Positions 55,708-63,498 of a stretch of 64,000 nucleotides of DNA are shown piece after piece; the first letter of the stretch is position 1; each line of letters opens with the position of its first letter. Under the pieces are notes generated by a model that saw only the letters and a program-made list of their open reading frames with translations, did no database searches and was not told where the DNA came from. The stretch comes from Acutalibacteraceae bacterium (lineage in GTDB: Bacteria; Bacillota; Clostridia; Oscillospirales; Acutalibacteraceae). The position numbers and the translations under genes were made by a program. The stretch is from assembly GCA_045598305.1 (NCBI GenBank), contig JAZLLW010000031.1, forward strand, positions 939 to 64,938, given 5' to 3'.

Positions 55708-56444
55708 TTGAATATTATTATCTTGACCCGTCACGGAATATTACCCTGCTGGTGACTTCTCCCGTTTTGCCGGAAGACAGAGCCCGTATCGCGTCGGAGC
55801 TGATGTTACTTGAGCCCACGGCAGAGCAGGTCGGATTTGTCAGAGGAAACCGTCTTGATATGGCAGGCGGTGAGTTTTGCGGAAACGCCGCTCTTTCTGC
55901 CGCCGCGCTTTATTGCAGGGAAAACGGCATTGACGAGGGCAGCGTAAAAATGAGCATATCAGGCGTACACAAGGAGCTGACGGTGCTTATCCGCAGGACC
56001 TCGGAGAACGGATACACGGGTACTGTGGATATGCCTTCTTCTCTCGGAATAAGGACAGTTGAGGGCTTTACGAGGGTTGATTTTGACGGTATTTCCCATA
56101 TTATTGTTGAGGGGAATATGGAAAAGGAGAAGGCAGAGGAGCTGGCAAAAAGAGTATGTGCCGTGCTCGGAGCCGATGCCGTCGGAGTGATGCTCCTTGA
56201 CGAAAAAGAAAGCCGGTTGACCCCTCTCGTTTACGTTCCCGCCGCAGACACGATGTGCTGGGAAAATTCCTGCGCAAGCGGAACGACCGCCGTGGGAGTT
56301 TATCTTGCAGATAAATACGGCAGCGAAATCACGGCTGATTTCATTCAGCCCGGCGGTATTCTCAGAGTGACCGCTTCGCCGAATAAAAAACCCGCCTTCA
56401 CGGGTACCGTAATAATCGGTGAGCTCAAAAAAGCGGATATATAA
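55704..56444 (+). CDS. DapF-fold (diaminopimelate epimerase-like) two-cysteine racemase/epimerase candidate
   Basis: 246 aa. [13 protein letters not shown] and [12 protein letters not shown] resemble the two catalytic Cys loops of DapF (MCGNG and ACGTGA). An ATGA overlap links it to the ABC ATPase gene. Confidence 0.55.
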   Translation: MIEYYYLDPSRNITLLVTSPVLPEDRARIASELMLLEPTAEQVGFVRGNRLDMAGGEFCGNAALSAAALYCRENGIDEGSVKMSISGVHKELTVLIRRTSENGYTGTVDMPSSLGIRTVEGFTRVDFDGISHIIVEGNMEKEKAEELAKRVCAVLGADAVGVMLLDEKESRLTPLVYVPAADTMCWENSCASGTTAVGVYLADKYGSEITADFIQPGGILRVTASPNKKPAFTGTVIIGELKKADI

Positions 56445-56450
56445 CATAAA

Positions 56451-56488
56451 CAAAAAATCCTCCGATTCAGGTCGGAGGATTTCTTTTT
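56451..56488. terminator. Bidirectional rho-independent terminator
   Basis: ATCCTCCGA (56457-65) pairs with TCGGAGGAT (56472-80). An A-run on the left and a T-run on the right make it functional in both directions. Confidence 0.8.
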
Positions 56489-56489
56489 A

Positions 56490-57020
56490 TCAATAATTGT
56501 AGCCGGTGTCAAGCGCCTTGAAGTTGATTTCCTTCAGATTTGCCTTTCTTGCGGATACGACCTTATCAAGTGCCTTGTCAATGTTATCGTAGGGAACGAT
56601 ACCCGTTTCCTTGATAACCTTGCCTATCATAATCATGTTGGCAAGTGTGGGGGCGTCGATATCCTTTGCAAGCTTTGTTGCGGGAATGTAGAATACCTTG
56701 ACGTCGTCTCTCTTGACCTTTCTCTCAATGAGAGTGGAGTCAACGAAGATATAACCGCCGGGAACTACGTCATTCTCGTACTTGTCAAGCGAAGGAAGGT
56801 TCATAACCATAAGAACGTCGGGCTTTGAAACGATAGGTGAGCCGACGGGCTCATCGCTTACGATAACGGAGCAGTTAGCCGTACCGCCGCGCATTTCGGG
56901 ACCGTATGAGGGAAGCCAGGAAAGCTGCTTTTCTTCAAGCAGTGCCTTATATGCAAGGAATTTACCTGCAAAGAGAACGCCCTGACCGCCGAAGCCGGCA
57001 ATAAGCATCTGAGTTGTCAT
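56490..57020 (-). CDS. 2-oxoacid:ferredoxin oxidoreductase, gamma subunit
   Basis: 176 aa. [14 protein letters not shown] is typical of the OFOR gamma domain. Confidence 0.85.
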   Translation of the reverse strand: MTTQMLIAGFGGQGVLFAGKFLAYKALLEEKQLSWLPSYGPEMRGGTANCSVIVSDEPVGSPIVSKPDVLMVMNLPSLDKYENDVVPGGYIFVDSTLIERKVKRDDVKVFYIPATKLAKDIDAPTLANMIMIGKVIKETGIVPYDNIDKALDKVVSARKANLKEINFKALDTGYNY

Positions 57021-57021
57021 A

Positions 57022-57777
57022 TTACTCGGCCTCCTTTTCTGCGCTTCTGTCCTTATAAACGCCGAGAGGATAGTAGGGAATCATCTTCTCATCAATCCAG
57101 TTGAGAGCGTCCTGAGGAGTCATACCCCAGTTTGTGGGGCAGGAAGATACTACTTCAACAAGGGAGAAGCCCTTGCCGTTAATCTGATTTTCAAAGGCCT
57201 TCTTGATTGCCTTCTGTGCCTGCTTAACGTTCTTTACGTTATTTACGGCTACGCGGGTGATATATTCGGGACCGTCAAGGGTAGCGAGCATTTCGCATAC
57301 TCTGATGGGGAAGCCGGCTGTGGTTACGTCTCTGCCGTAAGGAGAGGTCTGGGTGACCTGACCGGGGAGAGAGGTGGGAGCCATCTGACCGCCTGTCATA
57401 CCGTAGATTGCATTGTTGACAAAGATTACGGTGATGTTTTCATTTCTGGTTGCTGAATGAACTGTCTCTGCCATACCGATGGAAGCAAGGTCACCGTCAC
57501 CCTGATAGGTGAAGATAACGTTTTCGGGCATTGCTCTCTTAAGACCCGTTGCAACCGCGGGAGCTCTGCCGTGAGCGGCCTCTACCATATCGCATGAGAA
57601 GTAATTGTAAGCCATAACCGCGCAGCCGACGGGTGCAACGCCTACGGTCTTGCCTTCTATGCCGAGTTCATCGATTGCCTGGGCAACAAGACGGTGAATG
57701 ATACCGTGAGTACAGCCGGGGCAATAATGAAGAGGAGCATCTGTCAGACTTTTCGGTTTTTCAAAAACAACTGCCAT
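57022..57777 (-). CDS. 2-oxoacid:ferredoxin oxidoreductase, beta (TPP-binding) subunit
   Basis: 251 aa with YCPGCTHG and the TPP motif GDGD...[11 protein letters not shown]. Confidence 0.9.
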   Translation of the reverse strand: MAVVFEKPKSLTDAPLHYCPGCTHGIIHRLVAQAIDELGIEGKTVGVAPVGCAVMAYNYFSCDMVEAAHGRAPAVATGLKRAMPENVIFTYQGDGDLASIGMAETVHSATRNENITVIFVNNAIYGMTGGQMAPTSLPGQVTQTSPYGRDVTTAGFPIRVCEMLATLDGPEYITRVAVNNVKNVKQAQKAIKKAFENQINGKGFSLVEVVSSCPTNWGMTPQDALNWIDEKMIPYYPLGVYKDRSAEKEAE

Positions 57778-58838
57778 TATTCATTACCTCCTGCTGCTTT
57801 TTTGATTGATTCAAGCACCTGCTCGGGTGAAGGAATCATGCCGCCTACTCTATAGCACAGATCAACGGGCTTCTTGCAGTTTGTTGCAAGCTTGATATCC
57901 TCAATCATCTGTCCCATGGAAAGCTCAACGCTGATGAAGGACTTGACCTTATCTGCTGCTTCTGCAATGGGCTTCTTGGGGAAGGGCCATACTGTGATAG
58001 GTCTGATCATACCGACCTTGATGCCCTGCTTTCTTGCTTCAACTACTGCGTTTCTGGATACTCTGGCTGCGATGCCGAAGGCAACAACACAGATTTCCGC
58101 ATCGTCCATCATGAAGCTTTCGTAACGTGCTTCATTCTCTTCAATGTATTTATATCTTTCAAATCTTTCGTTATTCGTCTTTTCGAGTTCTTCGGGAACG
58201 AGGTAGAGGGAGTTGACGATATTGTGCTCTCTCTTCATTCCGGTACCCGTAACTGCCCAGGGCTTCTCAATCATATTGGGAGCTTCATCGGGAAGCTCGA
58301 CGGGCTCCATCATCTGACCCATCGTGCCGTCTGCAAGAAGCATGGCGGGCATTCTGTATTTATCTGCAAGGTCAAATGCGAGACTTACGAGGTCAGCCAT
58401 TTCCTGAACGGAAGCGGGAGTGAGAACGATAAGGTGATAGTCACCGTGTCCGCCGCCCTTTGTTGCCTGGAAATAGTCGGACTGTGAGGGCTGGATGCCG
58501 CCGAGACCGGGGCCGCCTCTCTGAACATTGACGATAAGTGCGGGAAGGTCGGCACCTGCGATATAGGAAATGCCTTCCTGCTTGAGTGATACTCCGGGGC
58601 TGGAGGAGGAGGTCATTACTCTCTTACCTGCCGAGGAAACACCGTAAACCATATTGATTGCAGCAATTTCGCTTTCTGCCTGCAGGAAAGTTCCGCCGAT
58701 TTTCGGCATTCTCTTTGCCATGTAAGCGGCAAGCTCAGTCTGCGGAGTGATGGGGTATCCGAAGTAATGGAGACAGCCGGCTCTGATAGCGGCCTCTGCG
58801 ATTGCCTCGTTGCCCTTCATAAGTACTTTTTCAGACAT
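57777..58838 (-). CDS. 2-oxoacid:ferredoxin oxidoreductase, alpha subunit (VorB/KorA type)
   Basis: 353 aa reading [27 protein letters not shown] 1-nt overlap links it to the beta subunit gene. Confidence 0.9.
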   Translation of the reverse strand: MSEKVLMKGNEAIAEAAIRAGCLHYFGYPITPQTELAAYMAKRMPKIGGTFLQAESEIAAINMVYGVSSAGKRVMTSSSSPGVSLKQEGISYIAGADLPALIVNVQRGGPGLGGIQPSQSDYFQATKGGGHGDYHLIVLTPASVQEMADLVSLAFDLADKYRMPAMLLADGTMGQMMEPVELPDEAPNMIEKPWAVTGTGMKREHNIVNSLYLVPEELEKTNNERFERYKYIEENEARYESFMMDDAEICVVAFGIAARVSRNAVVEARKQGIKVGMIRPITVWPFPKKPIAEAADKVKSFISVELSMGQMIEDIKLATNCKKPVDLCYRVGGMIPSPEQVLESIKKAAGGNE

Positions 58839-58848
58839 TATTCACACC

Positions 58849-59055
58849 TCACTTTTCTACTGTTATGACGCAGTCGGGACACATGGTTGCACAGAAAGCA
58901 CAGCCGATGCACTTTGACTGGTCGGTCATTTCAGCGGGGGAATGTCCTTTTTTGTTGATTTTGTCCTTTGCGATAACTATAAGCTGCTTGGGACACGCCG
59001 TAACACACAGACCGCAGCCCTTGCAGGTATCTGTTTCAAAGGTAACTTTTGCCAT
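58849..59055 (-). CDS. 2-oxoacid:ferredoxin oxidoreductase, delta subunit (2x[4Fe-4S] ferredoxin)
   Basis: 68 aa with CKGCGLCVTACP and CIGCAFCATMCP. Confidence 0.85.
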   Translation of the reverse strand: MAKVTFETDTCKGCGLCVTACPKQLIVIAKDKINKKGHSPAEMTDQSKCIGCAFCATMCPDCVITVEK

Positions 59056-59072
59056 AAGAACACATTCCTTTC

Positions 59073-59732
59073 TTAATAATATTTTGCCTGTAAATCAAGC
59101 GGCAGGATACCGTCATCGGCATCGCCGGAGATTAAATTACGTTTGACGGTGGTCATTACAACGGGAATACCGCTTATCCTTGCAAGCTCATCTGCAAGAG
59201 AAGCCGTTTTTTCAACGTCCTCAAGAGTCGTTTCCTCGCCGAGATTTGAATTGTTGACAATTCCCGTAAAGGGAATTTTGCCCGCAATTTCAATTTCTCT
59301 CATAACCTCAAGGGCCTCCTCGGGAGTTCTTGTAAGGGGACGGTAAAAGTTTGCGACAAACAGATTGTTGTAGTCGTTTTCTTCAAGGATGAAGGGAGAA
59401 AATCTGCCCAGGGCGTAAGCACCTCTGTCATCTCCGCCTATATCGAGCACGGCGTATTTGTCGTGAAACTCAAACAGACCGTAAAGCTCCTGGGGGAGAG
59501 AGGGCAGGTCAATGTTGGTGTTGGCGTAATGAGGGGAAATCAGATTGATTCCTGCCTCGTTAAGCTCCTTTTCGCTGTCCTTCGTGCGGAAATAGGGATT
59601 TACTATATCCATATCCGCAACGTTGACTTCCTTGCCCAGCTTCCTGAGAAGAAAAGCGTAGTTGACCGCAATATTTGTTTTGCCGCTGCCGTAATGACCG
59701 CAGAAGAGGGTTACTCTTTTGTGATTCAGCAT
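59073..59732 (-). CDS. MinD/ParA/CooC-like (SIMIBI) P-loop NTPase
   Basis: I prefer the start MLNHKRVTLFCGHYGSGKTN at 59732, which overlaps the ilvE stop (ATGCTGA). It has Walker A GHYGSGKT and a Walker B-like VLDIGGDD. Confidence 0.7.
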   Translation of the reverse strand: MLNHKRVTLFCGHYGSGKTNIAVNYAFLLRKLGKEVNVADMDIVNPYFRTKDSEKELNEAGINLISPHYANTNIDLPSLPQELYGLFEFHDKYAVLDIGGDDRGAYALGRFSPFILEENDYNNLFVANFYRPLTRTPEEALEVMREIEIAGKIPFTGIVNNSNLGEETTLEDVEKTASLADELARISGIPVVMTTVKRNLISGDADDGILPLDLQAKYY

Positions 59733-60793
59733 ACCTTGTGGCACCAGCCGTCTTTGTCTTCGATTTTGCCCCACTGGATACCGGTGAGCTCGTCATAGAG
59801 TGCCTGGGTAACTTCACCGATCTTGCCGCCGTTTACAACGAATTCCTCGTCCTTGTAGCTGAGCCAGCCGATGGGAGATACGACTGCAGCAGTACCTGTG
59901 CCCCATGCTTCCTCAAGAGTACCGTTCTTGGCTGCTTCGTAAAGCTCGTCAATGGAGATAAGTCTCTCGGAAACCTTGTAGCCCTTTGCCTTGAGAAGCT
60001 CTACGCAGCTCTTTCTGGTGATGCCGGGAAGAACGGAGCCGGTAAGCTCGGGAGTAACGATTTCGCCGTTGATTTTGAACATTACGTTCATTGAGCCGAC
60101 TTCTTCGATATACTTTCTGTGAACGCCGTCAAGCCAGAGAACCTGAGTGAAGCCCTTCTTCTCTGCCTTTTCGCCTGCACGGAGAGAAGCAGCATAGTTG
60201 CCGCCGCACTTTGCATAGCCGGTGCCGCCCTTGACTGCTCTTACGTCTTCGCTCTCGATGGCGATTTTAACGGGATTGATGCCCTCTGCGTAGTAAGCAC
60301 CAACGGGGGAGCAGATAACTATGTAGGTAGCTTCTTTAACGGCATGAACGCCGAGGTGGGGCTCGTTACCGTACATAAAGGGACGAAGATAAAGTGAAGT
60401 GCCTTCCGAATGAGGAACCCAGTCCTTTTCGCATTCAACGATGGCATCAAGAATCTGCATAGCGTCATCCTCGGGAATTTCGGGGAGGCAGAGTCTCTCA
60501 GCGGAATTGTTCATTCTTCTGATATTTTCAATGGGTCTGAACATACGGATTTCACCGTCAGCTGTTCTGTATGCTTTAAGGCCTTCGAAAATTTCCGTGC
60601 CGTAGTGGAGAACTGTTGAAGCGGGGTGAATGGGGATGGGAGCAAAGGGAACGATTCTTGCATCGTGCCAGCCGAGCTCTGCCGAGTAGTCCATCATAAA
60701 CATGTGGTCGGTGAAGATGCGGCCGAAGCCGAGCTTGGATTCATCGACGGGTTTTTCTTTGGGACAGGTTGTCTTTGTGAATTTGATTTCCAT
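59726..60793 (-). CDS. ilvE: Branched-chain amino acid aminotransferase
   Basis: 355 aa, class IV PLP enzyme. Motifs: FEGLKAYR, the KxGGNY-type motif AKCGGNYAASL, and LTGSVLPGITR. Confidence 0.92.
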   Translation of the reverse strand: MEIKFTKTTCPKEKPVDESKLGFGRIFTDHMFMMDYSAELGWHDARIVPFAPIPIHPASTVLHYGTEIFEGLKAYRTADGEIRMFRPIENIRRMNNSAERLCLPEIPEDDAMQILDAIVECEKDWVPHSEGTSLYLRPFMYGNEPHLGVHAVKEATYIVICSPVGAYYAEGINPVKIAIESEDVRAVKGGTGYAKCGGNYAASLRAGEKAEKKGFTQVLWLDGVHRKYIEEVGSMNVMFKINGEIVTPELTGSVLPGITRKSCVELLKAKGYKVSERLISIDELYEAAKNGTLEEAWGTGTAAVVSPIGWLSYKDEEFVVNGGKIGEVTQALYDELTGIQWGKIEDKDGWCHKVC

Positions 60794-60819
60794 AATGTAT
60801 TTTCCTTTCTGTAATAATA

Positions 60820-63111
60820 TTAAAGCCTGTTACGCTGGATTTTTCCGCTGATTGACTTGGGAAGCTCGTCGCGGAATACCACCAGTCTGGGATATTTGTA
60901 AGGAGCCGTATGCTTTTTTACGTAATCCTGAATTTCCTTTTTGAGTTCTTCGGTACCCTCGGTACCCTTGGTAAGTACGATTGATGCTTTGACTATCTGA
61001 CCTCTTACCTCGTCGGGAGCGGCGGATACACCGCATTCCAGAACGTAGGGAAGCTCCATGATAACGCTTTCAATCTCAAAGGGTCCTATGCGGTAGCCGG
61101 AGGATTTGATAACGTCGTCAACGCGGCCAACGTACCAGAAGAAGCCGTCCTCATCCTTCCACGCCGTATCGCCGGTATGATACCAGCCGTTTTTCCACGT
61201 TTCGGCGGTTTTTTCGGGATCGTTGAAGTAGCAGGATGCAAGACCGTAGGGAAGGCCGTCCTTGATGTTGATACAGATTTCGCCTGTTTCACCTACGGGA
61301 ACGGGCTTGTCATCGGGGTCAAGGAGCTGAACGTCATATATGGGAGCGGGCTTGCCCATTGAGCCGATTTTATGGTCGGCACCTCTCATATTGCCGCAGA
61401 TAAGTGCGGATTCCGTCTGACCGAAGCCCTCGAGAATCTGAAGACCCGTTGCCTTCTCAAATAATCTGTAAACCTCGGGATTCAGCGCTTCACCCGCGGT
61501 GGTCATGTGCTGAACTGAGGAAAGGTCGTATTTTGTAATATCCTGACGGATAAGCATACGCAGTATTGTGGGGGGAGCGCAGAAGGTGGTGATGTTGTAC
61601 TGAGCGAACATGGGCAGCAAATCTTCCGCATGGAAGCGGATCTCGTCGTAAACGAAGAGCGCGGTTTCGCACATCCACTGACCGTAGAGCTTGCCCCATG
61701 CCGCCTTTGCCCAGCCCGTGTCGGAATAGGAAAGGTGGATGCCGTCGGGATCAACATCGTGCCAGTATTTTGCGGTATGGAACTGACCGAGGGGATACCA
61801 GTAATTGTGAGCTGCAAGCTTGGGATATCCGGAAGTACCCGAGGTGAAGTACATCAGCATGTAATCGGCTCCGCAGGGAGCATCGTCGGGTCTTTCGTAA
61901 TGGGTGCTGAAGCGCATATATTCCTCGTTGAAGTTTCTCCAGCCCTCTCTCTCGCCGTTGACGATGAACTTGTTGACCATGCCGTCGTATTCCTTCAGCG
62001 CTTCGTCAACGTTGTTGCAGATATTGTCGTCGTATGCGGTACAGAGGATTGAGGTCACGTTTGCAAATCTGAATCTGTAAACGTAGTCGTGGGGGAGAAG
62101 CTGGAAGGTGGCGGGAATTGCGATGGCACCTATTTTTTCAAGAGCGAGGGTAGCAAACCAGAACTGATAGTTTCTCTTGAGTACGAGCATTACTCTGTCG
62201 CCCTTCTTAATGCCCAGAGAAAGGAAATAGTTTACACAGCGGTTGGTGTGCTGCTTGACTTCCTTCCAGGTGAATCTGGTGGGAATCTTTTCGGGGGAAA
62301 CGTAGAGCATTGCGAGCTTATCAGGGTCCTTGTCTGCAATACCGTCGATTATGTCAAACGCGTAGTTGAATTTTTCCGTATTCTTGAATTTAACGGAAAC
62401 GGGAGTGCCGTTCTCGTCTTCAACGGTTTCAATGAACTTTTTATAGACACGGTCCTTCGTATCCCTGACGTGTTTCATTACGGGAGCGTCAAGCTTCTGT
62501 ACCTCTTCAAGCTCGGGAATGGGCTCGCCGGAGGGATTGAGGACGATTGCGTAGAAGCTGCAGTCCTTACCGCCTACCGCACGTTCACCGTGGGGCTTTG
62601 AGGAGTCAAAGTAGATACTGTCACCCGCACCGAGAATTTCTTTGTGGTCACCTATCTGGACCTCAAGCTGTCCTTCGATGACGATGTCGATTTCCTGACC
62701 TTTATGGGTGGTCAGCTCAATGGGATTTGTGAGGGATGCCTCATCAAATTTGCTTATAACGTAGAGGGGCTCGGAAATCCTGTTTTTGAAACCGTATGCC
62801 ATATTGTAATACGTCATACCGTGAGCATCGGAAATCCTGGGCGCCTCGCCTCTGCGGGTTACGAAGTATGAGAAAAGCTTGGGGGTATGGCCTTCAATCA
62901 GATTGGTTACGTCAACCGAAAAAGCGGACGCGCATCTGTAAAGGAAGGCGAAGTTCAGGTCTTTTTTGCCGTTTTCACATGCCAGATATTCTTCAACGCT
63001 GACACCTGTTTTTTCTGCCATATCTTCGGGGGAGAGACCTTCAATCTCTCTCAGCTCCCTGATACGGGCGGCCATTTCCTGAATTTTGAAATCGAGTTCG
63101 GAAATTTCCAT
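60820..63111 (-). CDS. Fusion protein: XRE-type HTH + cupin sensor domain + AMP-forming acyl-CoA synthetase
   Basis: 763 aa. Residues 1-70 form the HTH (IRELREIEGLSPEDMAEKTGVSVEEYLACENGKKDL). Residues about 110-200 form the cupin (HKGQEIDIVIEGQLEVQIGD...YFDSSKPHG). The remainder is ANL-superfamily (YFTSGTSGYPK, YHTGD, SISGKIQR). Confidence 0.85.
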   Translation of the reverse strand: MEISELDFKIQEMAARIRELREIEGLSPEDMAEKTGVSVEEYLACENGKKDLNFAFLYRCASAFSVDVTNLIEGHTPKLFSYFVTRRGEAPRISDAHGMTYYNMAYGFKNRISEPLYVISKFDEASLTNPIELTTHKGQEIDIVIEGQLEVQIGDHKEILGAGDSIYFDSSKPHGERAVGGKDCSFYAIVLNPSGEPIPELEEVQKLDAPVMKHVRDTKDRVYKKFIETVEDENGTPVSVKFKNTEKFNYAFDIIDGIADKDPDKLAMLYVSPEKIPTRFTWKEVKQHTNRCVNYFLSLGIKKGDRVMLVLKRNYQFWFATLALEKIGAIAIPATFQLLPHDYVYRFRFANVTSILCTAYDDNICNNVDEALKEYDGMVNKFIVNGEREGWRNFNEEYMRFSTHYERPDDAPCGADYMLMYFTSGTSGYPKLAAHNYWYPLGQFHTAKYWHDVDPDGIHLSYSDTGWAKAAWGKLYGQWMCETALFVYDEIRFHAEDLLPMFAQYNITTFCAPPTILRMLIRQDITKYDLSSVQHMTTAGEALNPEVYRLFEKATGLQILEGFGQTESALICGNMRGADHKIGSMGKPAPIYDVQLLDPDDKPVPVGETGEICINIKDGLPYGLASCYFNDPEKTAETWKNGWYHTGDTAWKDEDGFFWYVGRVDDVIKSSGYRIGPFEIESVIMELPYVLECGVSAAPDEVRGQIVKASIVLTKGTEGTEELKKEIQDYVKKHTAPYKYPRLVVFRDELPKSISGKIQRNRL

Positions 63112-63134
63112 ATAACACCTCTGTTCCGGGACTT

Positions 63135-63173
63135 AAAAAAGCTCGTCCCAAAGAAGATTACTTTGAGACGAGC
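63135..63173 (-). terminator. Intrinsic terminator of the T-box expression platform
   Basis: The reverse strand reads GCTCGTCTCAAAG, loop TAATCTT, CTTTGGGACGAGC, then TTTTTT. This is a 13-bp stem with one G-U pair. Confidence 0.85.
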
Positions 63174-63392
63174 ATGAATTTCATTACCCGCGGTACCACT
63201 CAAATTGTGTCAAAAGACACCACTCAGGCTCTGACAAGCCGTATGCATTCACGCAGCAATCACGGAGAGGTTCTACTCACTTTCGCTTTCTTCCTCCCGG
63301 CTCGGAAGCTACAATCTCAATCTGCATACTGACGGCTCGCACCAAACGCCGCCTCTCTGAAAGATGCCCGAAAGAGCTCTCTTCGTCAAAGC
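63135..63392 (-). promoter_or_regulatory. T-box riboswitch leader (specifier most likely GUA = Val)
   Basis: On the reverse strand: K-turn/AGAGAG at the 5' end, AG bulge CAGAGAG (63353-59), distal loop GGUGCGA (63337-43), and the conserved T-box sequence AAUUUGAGUGGUACCGCGGG (63187-63206). An overlapping terminator completes the leader. Confidence 0.85.
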
Positions 63393-63410
63393 CTTTTCAT
63401 ATTTTTATAT

Positions 63411-63439
63411 ATAGTAATCCAATTGAATTTGTTTGTCAA
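63411..63439 (-). promoter_or_regulatory. Sigma-A-type promoter in front of the T-box leader
   Basis: The reverse strand reads TTGACA (63434-39), 17 nt, TACTAT (63411-16). Confidence 0.5.
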
Positions 63440-63498
63440 TATTAAATTTTACACAAAAGAAGGGTCATAGATAGCCGGATTTTTTCCGATTGAACGAA

